Shown here piece after piece: positions 63,961-64,000 of a stretch of 64,000 nucleotides of DNA. Below the pieces are notes generated by a model. It was not told the DNA's origin and did not search any database. It saw only the letters and a list, made by a program, of their open reading frames with translations. The translations under genes and the position numbers were made by a program. Source of the DNA: Camelus dromedarius (taxonomy: Eukaryota); contig NC_087472.1 of the NCBI RefSeq assembly GCF_036321535.1, positions 98,768,001 to 98,832,000 on the forward strand, written 5' to 3'. How positions within the stretch are numbered: the first letter of the stretch is position 1; each line of letters begins with the position of its first letter.

Positions 63961-64000
63961 ACTGCTTCCACTCCCAAGGAGGAGGAATATTGCTGTTGCC

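Noticed and set aside
1..64000. Prokaryotic-type systems (CRISPR, operons, defence islands), tRNA/rRNA genes and processed pseudogenes
   Set aside because: The sequence is mammalian repeat-rich DNA; I saw no repeat-spacer arrays, structured RNA genes or recognisable retrocopies.

Overview
This is a 64-kb, AT-rich, repeat-dense placental-mammal region, intronic or intergenic. The young L1 3' ends and the absence of Alu, Bov-A/BovB, PRE-1, CAN and ERE SINEs suggest a camelid (inference). I recognise no host protein-coding gene, RNA gene or CRISPR array. The longer ORFs in the track are L1 ORF1/ORF2 remnants or chance ORFs in LTRs and L1 5'UTRs. About a third of the window is L1, and every L1 piece I identified lies on the minus strand. 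The rest includes MaLR/ERVL solo LTRs (MLT1, LTR16, LTR33/41, LTR40), DNA transposons (Tigger1, MER20B, MER5, a Charlie-type MITE), and L2, L3 and MIR relics. Three structures stand out. (1) A 3.2-kb, TSD-flanked 'half-L1' (5'UTR + ORF1 + 3' end, essentially no ORF2) at 1992-5214, nested in an older L1. (2) A second 5'-intact L1 lacking the EN/RT part of ORF2 at 25616-29817. (3) A ~97-bp 3' transduction with its own AATAAA and A-tail carried by that second element. Repeat subfamily names come from recalled consensus similarity, not a database search, and boundaries of old elements are approximate.
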